A stretch of 62,602 nucleotides of DNA from Thelocarpon superellum (Eukaryota): assembly GCA_026025795.1 (NCBI GenBank), contig JAPEUG010000061.1, positions 1-62,602 of the forward strand. Direction: 5' to 3'. Shown in pieces: positions 1 to 11,800 of this stretch (the stretch's first letter is position 1; each line of letters begins with the position of its first letter). The notes beneath the pieces were generated by a model that was given only the letters and a program-made list of their open reading frames with translations, was not told the DNA's origin and did not search any database. The position numbers and the translations under genes were made by a program.

Positions 1-48
1 GCGTTCATCAAGCGCGTCGTAGAGCCGCTGAATGGGCTGAATCTCTAG
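1..48 (+). CDS. possible 3' end of an upstream gene (…AFIKRVVEPLNGLNL*)
   Basis: Frame 1 is open from base 1 to TAG at 46-48 with coding-like codon usage. Too short to identify. Confidence 0.25.
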   Translation, partial: AFIKRVVEPLNGLNL

Positions 49-442
49 TGTAGCGCGCGCGGGGCACTCGGCCATCAATTTCCGCCATCACCGCGACACT
101 GGATAGCATTGATCGGGGCTCCCGGCCTTGTCCAGGTAACCTGCTGGATCTTGCCACGACCAAGAGTGATTGGTGGACGCGAAGTCGTCGCGTCTGCCGT
201 TGTTGTCATGCTGGAGACGCGTCGTGGGGCGGAGGCGAGGTAGTGGCGTGGCCGGCGACGCCGCCAAAGCCAGCACACTGCCCTCGCCCGCCGCCTTGGG
301 GCCCCGGCCGCGGCAAAGTCCGAGCTGCAGCTGACATCCCAACCTAGGCAGAGTATGGTACGAGTTTTTGTATGAGCACTAGGTGCTTCGTCCTACGGCG
401 GCCGCCATCCATGTACGAAACGGTAGCAAGATGCACTCCGCA

Positions 443-472
443 TCAGCTGCAGCTGCAGCTGCAGCTGCAGCA
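443..472. repeat. (CAGCTG/GCAGCT)n hexanucleotide microsatellite, ~5 copies
   Basis: cagctgcagctgcagctgcagctgcagcac read directly. Confidence 0.85.
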
Positions 473-3400
473 CCGTACATGGTGGCTGCCGACCAAACGC
501 TGAACCGTTTGTTGTTGATTTTGTATCCTCGAATCAGCTCCCGAATTCCAGCCTCATGTCGATGTTGCATTGGAACGTATTTCCTGGGAATGATTCGTCT
601 CGGTCCAGGGACAAAGGACAACAAATTACGGTCAGAAGCTTTTCCCGCCCCATCGTCTGCCCTACCCGCGGTCCGCGTTGGGGGACCTGTCTTAACCACG
701 GCTTCACACATTACTTGGAGCTATCCCAACCGCGGCTCTGCAATATGTGATACGAGGACTCTTGGAGCGTCCAGTGGCGCGTGCAGCGCTTTGTCCTCTT
801 CGTTGCCGTGGTCTCGGAAGTCTCGCCCGGGGAGGTATGACGCGACCAAGTAACAAATGCCCGGAGCCGAGCGATGACAGACCGAGAAAACTCTGTAGGT
901 AGTAAATACAGTGGCTCTCCAAGATCCGGCGTTTCCGATGATTGGGCGCACCATTCGACGAGCGCTTACGAGGCCCGGCTGAAAGTGGGACTGCCTTGGA
1001 ACGCCTGGCTTGGACAAAGCAAGATAAGAGTAGTACTCTGTACTCTCTGTACTCTCTGGCCTGACTGTATGATACCTTACGTGTCGATGCCCATACTCCG
1101 CGCGGGCTCCCGGGAAGCCGGAGGCCGGAGGCGAGGGGCTCAGCTGCAAACAATAGCAGCCTCCCGCGCGACTGGGATGACCAGACAAGGACGAGGCTGA
1201 GCATACCATGCTCAGCGTCATCCTACTAAGAGGGGCAACCCGGTCTACACCCTACGGTGAATTTCCCTCAATTTCCGTCGATTAACTTTTCCCACGCTGG
1301 TGAATGGTCAGATTTTCTCAAGCCAATCTCTTATCAGGAGTAACCCAAGGACCCGGTCGCCGGCCGGGTCTATCGATTGATCCCCTTGCCTGGTGAAGCT
1401 TCTCCAATGAGGGTCGAAGGAGCGCAAAAGCTACTAGGGGGCCCGCTTGGCGTGTCGGACTGCCATGTTTTTTCTTCCGACTAGTCTCACGCACCGTGTC
1501 CAATGACTAAGGTGATCGCGACCGCAGAAGCAACCGTAGCTAGGCACACGATGGGGGGGCGGGTGGAGGAAGCCAGCGACACGGGCCGATGTCCGGCCCC
1601 TGTGACTGACGACACTTGGGCTGGCCCAGTCGGGAGCCTGGGTCAGTCGCCGCGATGCTATTGGCGTATCTCCAGACCGGGACGGTCAGTAATCTCGCTT
1701 GGTGCGCCGACCCGGCGCCACCCCTGGCGCCCGACGACCATGGGCACGTAAGGGGCGAGGGGCTATGGACGCTAAGCACATCGCTCACTTAGCTTGGGCC
1801 ACCAAGGCTAGGAAGAGGCAAGCTTCAGGAACACCATCGACCGGGCCGAACACCGTCGACGCGCCCGTTCTGCGCCGTGGGTAGTTCCTGCCTTGACGGA
1901 GGAGGGCAGATGCTGCCGACTACGGCCGGCACAGCGGCGGATGCAACCGCGGAAAGGGTTCTGGAAGGAATCACTTCCTCCGAGATCAGCGCGACCGCGT
2001 GTGGGTCGCGTCAAGCCAGGCTGGGTAGCTAGAGGGCCCGGAGGAGGACTCGAGTCGCCGTGTGCCAGGTAGGCCAACTCCCGTGATGAGGGACGTGCTC
2101 CGGCAAGAGGAGGCTGGAGTTTCGCAACCGGGGCTCGGTCGCACAGCATGGGCCCAGGCACCTGAGCGAACATGCAGTCTTTTCACGTCAAACGAAACGA
2201 CATCCAATCCGCGCTCGTCATTGAGAGATGAAAGCACTGGTGAGGAAAATCCTGGTCCCCACCGACAGTGCCACCGTCTGGTCCCAGGTGCCTCCCCCGG
2301 CGTACGGACGTGGAACCACGGAACATGTGCCTGTGGCCGGGGTATTCTAAGGTGTAGGGAGCAAAAATGCTTTGTCTGACGCCTGTGGCTCAGACCGTGG
2401 ACGTGTCATCTCGCTCGTCTAGTGACCCCTGGCAACCCTTAGGGCGAATGAGAAAATGAGCTTGATCCCGGTCGCGAGGGACTTCCCCCCTATTTTACAG
2501 GGGGCATCCTCCCCGGCGCAAGCCTTCAGAGACGAGGTTCGGGGGCTTTAGTGACCTGGCTGGCTGGCTGCAGCGCCTGAAGGACTCGTCATCCCCACCT
2601 TTGGGCCTACATCGACGACCCGACCGGCTCCTCCGCGGCAGCCTGGCTCCAACTACCTGGCATTCACTGGCCGCTTCCGCCCACCTATCGCACCGCCGGG
2701 GCCACTCTCTCGTCGGCCACCCGCATCAGTCGCGCTCATCATGGCGGCGAAAGACTCCACCTACGGCGTCGTCACGACCGCGGCCAGCCCCCCGGATGCC
2801 TCCTACTGGTTCGGTGTTTCATCAGCAGGCCATTCTCCCCGGTCGTGACATGTACAAGTAGTCATAAATCCCTCCTCCGTACCAGCGCAGGTATACGGTC
2901 CCTTCTACACAGACGACCAGGAGAGCTACGCTGTGCAGAGACGATCACCGCGATCATCGCAGCTGGACGTGGGCACAGGAAGATCCCGGAGTCGCGACGG
3001 GAATCCCTCGTTCGTTCGTTCGCCCAGCAATTTCGCCGTTTCCCACTCAAGCGCCAGGTCGCGCCGCCGCCGTGGTGGGCACCGACCCGCCAAATCGCCC
3101 GCGGAACTTAGCACGCTATCACGCTATCGCGCTTTGGTTCGTTCGCTTCGCTCCGCTCGTTACCCACCACCGAAGATCGGGTCAGGTTCAGGTACCAGTA
3201 ACTGGGACCTGCGTGGGCCCATACCGGCCTTGCTCGCTCGCTCGCTTCGCAGGCGCAAACCGTGTTTTCACACGTCCCCAGCGCTGCCCAGAGCAGTACG
3301 CGCTAGTCGTCGGTGCCCGCGCTCTCCTCCCACCACCACGGCCGCCTACCGCCCACCCCCCTCCCCCGACGGGCGCCCCCCCCCATCTTTCGCCAGATTC

Positions 3401-4152
3401 CTGACTTTCGGATGTTTATCGTATCGCCACAATTCATGAATCTGTCCGACTCTGCCAGAAAAATCTACCTGAGACAGCGCGCACAAGTCACATCGCTTGC
3501 GACGTCAATTGCATCGAGCTTCCAACTACCGTTTGGACAGGTGAGCATCTTTGTTCTTTCATCCCTCGCGGTGGCGCGTGGCGCCTTTGTCCGCCCATCG
3601 AGTCTCGCGACAGACCTGGTCGCGCTGCACGCCACCTCCTTCTCCAGCATCGTGCTCCGCCATCGCCAGGGCCAACGTCTCTTCAGTGCTCCACTCCGCA
3701 TAATCCACGCGACAGCACGTTCAGTCTTTTTGACAAGATCTTGGGCTAAACTTTCGGCCACAGATCATCGCTCCAGCCCTTTTCGTCGCGACTGGCCGTG
3801 CGTGGGAACTAGACGCGTCCACTCCCAGACCACCAACTCCTCCTACGACCATTCGAAGACATATGCAGGAACCCTTTCGCATGGTCAACCCCGACCCGCG
3901 CATGCTATTGGTCGTTGGCATCCCAGCTTCTTGTGCGGCCGCCACTCTCCTGGCCTAGATTGAAAGGTCGCCGTCGTCGAGGACCCTCAGGGGATCCGGG
4001 TCCCGATCAGAGCAGGATCTCCGATCATTCTCCCTTCTGTCCTGTAAGCATCCCTCTTCGTGCCCGCGGGTGGTCGTGAGACCGCGGCGATAGCAGTCCC
4101 GTATTGTACTCACCGTCCTCGACCAACAGAACAACCTCCCTCCGCCTTCAAC

Positions 4153-7100
4153 ATGAATCGTTTCCGCACCACCCGGAAGCGGGCCAAAGACGCGCCGCCA
4201 CCGATGCCTGCGCCGCCGTCGGAGGACCTCGGCCGTCCTTCGCTCTCCTCGCTCACCGGCAAGTCCTTCAAACGAAAAACCAAGAATCAGCCGGCCCCGG
4301 CGCCGGTATTTGATCTCGCCAACGCCCTGCCGTCGTCGGACGACTTCCGGACTAGTCTGCTCATGCCCAAGCTCTCGGCGAGATTCAGCATGTTGCGGGA
4401 GCAGGACGATCCCAACACCAAGCTTGGTAAAGCGAGCGACGATAGCGTTCTCTTTCCCAAGCGCAAGTCACGCATCTTCCTGTCGGACATCGATGAAGTT
4501 GACTCCACCCTCGGATCTGTTCGGCCCCCCTTCGCCGCGGATGGAAGAACGGACTCTTATGCGTCGGATGGTTATGGCACCGATGACGACTACTCTGGCG
4601 GAAGTGTCCTCAACCGCGCGCGACCGGCCGAGGGCAACAATCTGTTCGGAGGGCGACAGAAGATCTACAAGATCCCAACCGAGGGATCCGCGTCGGCCAA
4701 GGACCTCAACGCGTCGAATGCAAAATTCCTCTATCAGAGTGATGTCAGCCTCTCGGCCTTCCAAAAGCTGCGGGAACGGGAGCGGGAGCTTGAGCGTGAG
4801 GGCCTACCGGAGCAGGAGGAGGACGAGCTGCAAAACAGCTTTGACGACAACCCCCGCGGCCGAGCTCCGTCGCCGCCGCTGTCGAGCTATAATCGCAACC
4901 GCGAAACGTCCTCGTCCACCACGTCCGGCCCCTCCTACGGACGCATTTCGACGGCGGCCACGTCGATCGCCTCGCAGGGTGGGATGTCGATCTATGGGAA
5001 TTCGGCCCCGGCCCTGCCATACAATCCTCCTTCGGGCACGCCCAACGCTGATCGGTCCGCAACCAAGTCTCGAAGGTTGTATGAACCGGGCTTGGAGCAG
5101 CACCTGCAGGACCAACAGTCCTCAGCCATGTCGCGTCTGGAGCAGATTGCCCGTCAACGAAACATGGGCACCCCGCCGCCAGGACAGTATGCGTCGTTGT
5201 CGCAAACCACTAGCCTGACCAATCTTCGGGACCGGTATGACCGTGGTGCCATGTCGCGCTCGCCGTCGAGTCGGATGCGCCCGGTCAGCCCGCCGCCATC
5301 CGCCCCGTCCGGCAACCTCGGCCAATTTCAATTCAGCGTGAGCGAATCCAAGACCGCCAACACCAGCCCCAACCCCATGACCATGCACACACCGCCATTG
5401 AGCCCTCCGTACAGCGAAGGCGAGGACAACGCCGTCCTCCCCGCCGCCATCCAGCCGGGGGACCGAGGCAAGGCGACAGCCCTGGGGACGTTCCAGAAAC
5501 CCAGCCGGCCGTACGACGATCAACAGTACTCGCAGCGGCAGCTGCAGCTGCAACGGGGACGTCGACCATCTTCGCCGCCGCGCATCTCACCGCCCCTGCC
5601 TCCGTCGTCGATACTGGGCGAGCCCCCGTCGAGAGCTCTGCCTGAGCTACCCAACGCCGCACCGCTCGCGCCTCGTGATGGGCCGTTGCGGGGACTCCGG
5701 GTCCGCGCGAACTCGCAGGCGGCTGTCATCGATCACGTTGACAACACGACGTGGACGAGTGCGTCCGTGTCACCGGTCGAGGAGCCGATCGTGGAGAACG
5801 ATGAGACCTACCGTGCGCCGACCAGCGCCAGTGACGTCAGTTCCCTCGAGGACGGCGAAGCCCGCAGCACCCAGCGTCTCCCGGCGGTGGGTGGAGCCTC
5901 AATGGCGACGACAAACGATCGGATGGGCCCAGTATCTACACCGGCGGAAGCACCGGCGCCCGAGCCGCTCAGCGATGGGTTGTCGGAGCCCGAGTGGATG
6001 CATCGAGAGTCGACGCAGCGGGCGTTGTCGGGCGGATCAGCCTCGACCAGAGCGCTGAAGAAACAGAAATCCACGCCGACGCTCGGACCGCTGCCCGGCG
6101 TTGAGGCCGACCCCCCCGCAGAGGAATCCTCCGCTGGACTCAGCGGCCTCGTGCGTCAGCATCTTCGCAATGACAGCGGCACCTCGTCTGTGTACCCGAC
6201 TCCGAGCCCGATTTATTCACGCTTTCTCATCGACGACCCCGACCGTCCCGAGGTGCCTGATTTGCGGCTCACGCAGTACTCGCAGTACTCCGTGTACAGC
6301 AATCATGGCGGTCCGTGGGAGCATGAAGAAGCCGATGCGGCTCCTCCCGCCGAGACCGATGCTGTCCGCCCTCCCGTGCCGGCAGCGCCCACGATGCGGC
6401 CGACGACCTCGGCGGATGGATCGAACAAACGAAATGGTACGATGGGGATCCTCAAGTCCAAGCCCAGTCAGGGTGGGTTGGCCGGGGGCTCAGATAGTCC
6501 GGTCAAGGCGATGAAGATGCTGGGCCTGAACGGGCCTGATCTCAAATCAGAGCAAGTTCAGATGGCGGATGAAGCGCGGAAGCGACATGTGGAGGACGCA
6601 CGGTGGAAGGAAGAAGAGGATAAGATGCTCCGCAGCGTCGTGCGTGGACAGAAGCTCCCGCAGCCGATCCGCAGTTTGCAACAGAATCAACGTGGGGACG
6701 CGGCCCGCGCGTCCGACCAGCCAGCATCCGCTGGGCCTCGAGGCATCACTCCCCCGTCGACTCGACACAACGGGCCTCGAGGCAACCCCCCCCCGTCGCC
6801 TCGCCGCGTCGAGCAGGGCAACCAGGCACGATCAGCGAACCGCGACGGCCGTCACGGTGCCGAGCCACTTCAAAGCTCGGGGGAAGGAAGCCAGGTCGGA
6901 AGCGAGGGCGGCAGGTTCAAGCCACATCGCTCAAGCCCACCGCGACCGTCGGGTCCGGCACAGGCTCTGCCGTCGGATGGCTCATACCCGACTGGAGCGG
7001 CGGCTCCGCGAAGCAAGCACAACCCGCCCATGCTCCCGGCGCCGGCGAGCACTGCGTCGCCTGTCATTTCCTCGCCCCGACCGTCGCCTTTGGCACCGTT

Positions 7101-7671
7101 TTCGGCCAATGCCACGCCCACATTGCATGATCTGACCCCGTCCACCTCGACCGTCACATCACCCACGTCCATGACGTCCCGCGCGGGGGTGCAAACGTAC
7201 GCCAGTCACACACCGACGCACCGCAAACGCCATGTGGACAAGGCGGATATCTCGGAGCCGACGTTTTTGTCGTGCACGTCGAGCATCACGACCATCAACC
7301 TGCCTGCGGTAACATCGCTGGCCAACGGCGGCGTCGCGGTCGCGGCTGAGGCGCCGCCGGTGCCGCCGATCAATCCCCGACGACGGCGGATGGGCGTCAT
7401 GAATGCCCTCGGGCGGGGCCTCAAGCACGAGACGCTCGATGGCTCGGGCCCGGCCATCGAAGCCAACCGATACTCGGACCACGAGCGCCGTGCCCGCCCG
7501 GAGTGGCAAGGACACAAGCTGCGGAAGTCGTCGAGTGAGGGAGCTAACCTCAATATGATGATGCGGCAACAAGAGTCGCAGCCATCGTCGCCGGCTGTGC
7601 CCACTCACGCCATGGGGGGACCGCAGTTCCGCTTGCCCGCCCCTCCCGCAGCGGACGGCTCGATGTTCTGA
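4153..7671 (+). CDS. large, low-complexity conserved fungal protein of unknown function (~1170 aa, intronless)
   Basis: Long ORF with first ATG at 4153 (MNRFRT…). Conserved-looking blocks DFRTSLLMPKLSARFSMLREQDDP, EGNNLFGGRQKIY and DKADISEPTF sit in Pro/Ser-rich disordered sequence. Confidence 0.8.
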   Translation: MNRFRTTRKRAKDAPPPMPAPPSEDLGRPSLSSLTGKSFKRKTKNQPAPAPVFDLANALPSSDDFRTSLLMPKLSARFSMLREQDDPNTKLGKASDDSVLFPKRKSRIFLSDIDEVDSTLGSVRPPFAADGRTDSYASDGYGTDDDYSGGSVLNRARPAEGNNLFGGRQKIYKIPTEGSASAKDLNASNAKFLYQSDVSLSAFQKLRERERELEREGLPEQEEDELQNSFDDNPRGRAPSPPLSSYNRNRETSSSTTSGPSYGRISTAATSIASQGGMSIYGNSAPALPYNPPSGTPNADRSATKSRRLYEPGLEQHLQDQQSSAMSRLEQIARQRNMGTPPPGQYASLSQTTSLTNLRDRYDRGAMSRSPSSRMRPVSPPPSAPSGNLGQFQFSVSESKTANTSPNPMTMHTPPLSPPYSEGEDNAVLPAAIQPGDRGKATALGTFQKPSRPYDDQQYSQRQLQLQRGRRPSSPPRISPPLPPSSILGEPPSRALPELPNAAPLAPRDGPLRGLRVRANSQAAVIDHVDNTTWTSASVSPVEEPIVENDETYRAPTSASDVSSLEDGEARSTQRLPAVGGASMATTNDRMGPVSTPAEAPAPEPLSDGLSEPEWMHRESTQRALSGGSASTRALKKQKSTPTLGPLPGVEADPPAEESSAGLSGLVRQHLRNDSGTSSVYPTPSPIYSRFLIDDPDRPEVPDLRLTQYSQYSVYSNHGGPWEHEEADAAPPAETDAVRPPVPAAPTMRPTTSADGSNKRNGTMGILKSKPSQGGLAGGSDSPVKAMKMLGLNGPDLKSEQVQMADEARKRHVEDARWKEEEDKMLRSVVRGQKLPQPIRSLQQNQRGDAARASDQPASAGPRGITPPSTRHNGPRGNPPPSPRRVEQGNQARSANRDGRHGAEPLQSSGEGSQVGSEGGRFKPHRSSPPRPSGPAQALPSDGSYPTGAAAPRSKHNPPMLPAPASTASPVISSPRPSPLAPFSANATPTLHDLTPSTSTVTSPTSMTSRAGVQTYASHTPTHRKRHVDKADISEPTFLSCTSSITTINLPAVTSLANGGVAVAAEAPPVPPINPRRRRMGVMNALGRGLKHETLDGSGPAIEANRYSDHERRARPEWQGHKLRKSSSEGANLNMMMRQQESQPSSPAVPTHAMGGPQFRLPAPPAADGSMF

Positions 7672-8610
7672 TGGCTCACGCGGCCCTAACCATATTCTTT
7701 TCTTTGTTTGGCACCGTTGGACGATCTCATCCACGAAGGCATTTTTCGGTGCATCTCCCTTTTCCTCGGTCGTGATGATTTGGTCCGGACGTGTTGGTGT
7801 TAGGCTTGGTCGGTGCAGCTGGTCTGCGCGAATCTCGGAGGAACAAAACGGGTCAAGGGTGTGTAGGATACACGGTCCTCGTACACGTACGCCAGATTGG
7901 CACGGGGGTATGCGGCGGGATTACTAGGGGTCTCTTGTACGTATCTTGTCTCTTGAGTAGTTGAACCAATCAATTGGATCAGAATGTCCGACAACTGTCT
8001 CGAAAGACCATTCTCCGCCACGACGTGTCCGTGACTGCCGAAGCGCCCCGGCCGATGTTCATTGCGCGCCCAGGCCTCACGCGCGGCCATGTCAGCCATC
8101 GCAGGGCCGGACCATCGCAGGGCCGGACCATCTGCAAGGCTTGGGTAAGCCTATGTTGCATCGTGTGGATCGTGAGGGGTTTTCCACGCTCCGCCACCGA
8201 GCCACGGGTAGCCCCTTGTAGTTAGGGCCAGTTGGGCCTGGTTAGCTCGAGTCACTTCCACACCGGTGGCAGCGAGTCGTGCAACTTCCAGCAGCTGTCG
8301 ACTCGGCTACCAGGCGCCGGCTTGCCGACTGCGGTGGGCGGGCATGTAATGCGGGGGAAAGCTTGGTTGGGGCGACGTTATTGCCGAAACAATTTCTCCT
8401 ACCATCTACTTTTCCCACTTCTCGCCGTTGTTGTCGTCAACGCCACGCTGGCCCGACGCACGACCATCACCCCCCATTGCCCTGATTGAAGCGTACGCAG
8501 ACTGGAGGGATCCTTCTCCAAGATCGTGCCATCACCGTGGTCGTGATCGACCAACGTGGCCTGGTGCTGTCGGCCTCAGCACCTACAGGCTCAGCGTCAT
8601 CGGGAACGTC

Positions 8611-10916
8611 ATGGCGCTGTCCGCGGAATCCACCCAGACAGCAATAAAGCAAGCCGCCCGGCGACCAACGCGCATCATCCCGGCCATCCCACTGAAACTG
8701 ACGCAACGACGCAAACAATCCACCAGTGCGGCGAAGAATGTGGACCAATATGCCAGCCGCTCCCCCCAAGCGCCGGTGGGGTCGTCCCCATCCCCCGCTC
8801 CGACCCAAGCGTCGACCGCCTCAGACGAGAATCGGGTGAAGTCTCCCGAATCAAAGCCGGCGGTAACCACCCTCCGCATAGACACAGGAGCGCAGCTGCA
8901 GCATCAGCCGTTGGGACTGTCTCCGGCTGAAGCGCCCCTCAGTAAGTCTTTCCGTCCCGAGTTTGCCTCTACCTACTCAAACATTCAGGTGCCGCAAATA
9001 CCGAGTTCTCGATCAACCACGAATCCGCCGGCCCCCATGACCTGGAGCGTCAACCAACCTACCGGCTCCCTCCTCCGTTCTACCCCGCCACCCACCCGTC
9101 CGTACACTCCCCTGCCCGCTCGACCGCCTTCCCGTCATACCCACCTCACCCCTGCATCGACCCCTACCGCCGTCCTACAGCGGGACAGAACGCTCCTTCC
9201 CTGGCCTCGCACACATCCACGGCTGGGACTCCCCAAAACGGGATGGTGTATGGCAGCGATGGGGCATATTATCCTTACGTCCCCTTTCTCAATGTCTCGT
9301 ATCAGATGCCTTTCCTCCCCTCTGGCAATCCGAGCCGTGAATCCGAGTCCTACCCGTCATACCCACAGACCGACAACTGCTCAAAGAATCCGGCCAACTC
9401 GGATTCCTACTACCCTCCCCAACATCCTTTCGAGTATCCTCAAAGCTATGGGCCAATGTTGTCCCCAGCCCCGCCCGAATCCTTTTCTCCCTTTTCGTCA
9501 GTCTCGCCACCAGGTGGGAGCCTTTCGTCCTTGCCCACGGCATCTTCGGATGGCGCCGCGCCTAGCAACCCGGCCGAAATGCTGGCGTCGAGCTCACCGT
9601 CAGTGCTCGACGAGGCTCAGGAGGGTCACGACCTTCAGACGGAAGCCTCCCTCGAGGGTACTGCTCGGGGCAACGAGCGCGAGAATGCCCTCAGTTGGAA
9701 TGACAGCGGCACGGTCGAAGAGAAGTTTATGATTTCGGCAGCACCAGAGCAGTCCAAGATTCAAGACCACGTCCTGGCACATTTTGGATCTCGCGACCTA
9801 GCGGACTATGTCATCCAGTTTCGACACGAACAGTCAAGATTTCGGCCTGTAGAAATCCCCGCTCATGGCCTTATCATCGCGCAGAGCCCATATCTCCGAA
9901 GTCTCATGGCGTCGTCGACCGACCAGCACTATCCTCGCACGCTCGTTGTGGACACCAACGACCGGGCACTGAGCGGCGAAGCGTTTCAGCTCGCTTTGGG
10001 GAGACTTTACGGCGGAGCCTTGTTGGAGGATGAAGTCGATGGCTCGACAGAGGACCGAGTCCAATCAGCTGTAGCTTACGCCGCCGCCGGCCAACTGCTG
10101 CAGATGGAGGAGGTTGCCCGTCGCGGAGTGGAGCTCACGACGAGACTGATCTCATGGGAAACCGCGGAGCAAGTCTTGGGTCTCGTGGCGGAAAATGACG
10201 TGGAAAACCCGTGGTCCGAAGAGGTCAAGAAGTCGAATGAGGCGGAGGTTGAAGGTCCCCAAGAGACGGCCACGGCGGATTCGGTGCAGCGACAGCTTGT
10301 CGCTGCAACTACCGAATTCATCTCGCAGCACTTCCCCTCGGAGTTCCCTCTGGACCGCGATGCGCCAGACATGACGCTGTGTCCACGACTCCCGGCCTGC
10401 GATGCGCCCAGCCCAGCACCGCAATCCGCCCATCCTGGACTGAACGGTATTCAGTTCGGGGACCATCCGACGGAAGAAGCACGAGTACAGATACCTCCCT
10501 TACAAGAGATCAATCCTACGACGAAAATCATCTCCAGCATTCTTCTCTCGTGCCCATTTTCAATCCTCAAATCCATCTTGGAAAATGGAACCCTGGGCAA
10601 TGTGGCGATGACTTCACGGCAGGAGCTCGCCCGCGCCGTCGTCGAAGAGCGCGATAACCGACGGACGACCCTTCTGCGTCGGGACCGGACTCCGTATGTT
10701 GAGCGTCGGGCGAAAGGAGCCGAATGGGCGGTCGTGGGATGGAGAGAGCTGGTGGTGATGAAGGGAAAAAAGGGAGAGAAGGGAGGAAAGGGAGGAAAGG
10801 AAGAGAAGGGAGAGAAGGGAGCGAAGGGCGATGTTGGGTTTAGCACCGGTGTCGAGATCCGCCGTGTCTGGAAGGGATATCGAACGCCTTTTGAAGGCAA
10901 GAAGTGGAGGAAGTGA
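8611..10916 (+). CDS. protein with Pro/Ser-rich N-terminus and BTB/POZ-like domain (2 exons)
   Basis: Exon 1 8611-8941 and intron 8942-8988 (GTAAGT…CAG) join in frame to the 9243-10916 ORF. ADYVIQF…IPAHGLIIAQSPYLRSL…AFQLALGRLYG is BTB-like. Confidence 0.7.
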
Positions 10917-11300
10917 TGGGGGGCTTCCTGTCCTTGACACGACCCACATGAACGACATCTGCGATGGATGACTACTGTGTGAAAACGCGTTGATTTTACT
11001 ATTGTTTTTACTCTTACTTTTGTCTTTTGATCCGAATTCGGCCGTCGTGTTTGATTCGTTTCCTTTCTGCCTCTGCCTCGACTCTACCTCACCCGCCACC
11101 CGTCATCGCTCTCACTCTCTCACCGCTGGCCCACGCGGTCCGCCTCCGGGTCCAGTCCCGTCCCGAATCAAGCGAGCAAGCGTGTCAACGAAGCGAATCA
11201 GCGAGTGTTTTGACTTTCAGTGTCTGTTTTGCTTTCTACCAATTCTACCTTGACTTCCACCCTCCACCCTGTCTGGCGTCCTTTTATGTCCATTCTTTGC

Positions 11301-11410
11301 CCTGTCTTCGGCCTGTCTTCGGCCTGTCTTCGGCCTGTCTTCGGCCTGTCTTCGGCCTGTCTTCGGCCTGTCTTCGGCCTGTCTTCGGCCTGTCTTCGGC
11401 CTGTCTTCGG
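11301..11410. repeat. perfect 11-bp minisatellite (CCTGTCTTCGG)x10
   Basis: Ten identical tandem units between two convergent genes. Confidence 0.95.
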
Positions 11411-11800
11411 CCTCTCTACACACTGGTTTCCCCCTGTCATGTGCATGAGAGTCACCTTGTCTCTTCGTGGGACTTTGGCCTCGATTTGAGCGTGCATTCG
11501 ATCTTGCATTGGACTTCGAAATCGACTTTGATCGCAATATGCGATCCAATAGAACGGCTAGACAAATAGAAAAACGGCAGAAAAGCCAAAAGCCAAAAGC
11601 AATCAATCAATTAGTTCAAATGAAATGATGAACCGGGAGATGATTACGAGTGCTCTCTAATACTTGTAGCGTGGATGTTCGAATGGAACACCAATGATCG
11701 ATGTTGAAACTGACGACTACTACTATACGACTTGTGCACTTTGCACGCTTCATCACAGAACCGGCTCCGTCTCTTCGTCCGTGTCTGACGATACCTCGCA

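Noticed and set aside
3313..3963. 216-aa ORF upstream of the large gene
   Set aside because: Ser/Arg/Leu-rich with no coding bias; more consistent with a long 5' leader.
11027..11606. ORFs with PVFGLSSACLR / RPKTGRRQAED repeats, or a CRISPR-like array
   Set aside because: These are translations of the 11-bp minisatellite. There are no spacers and the context is eukaryotic.
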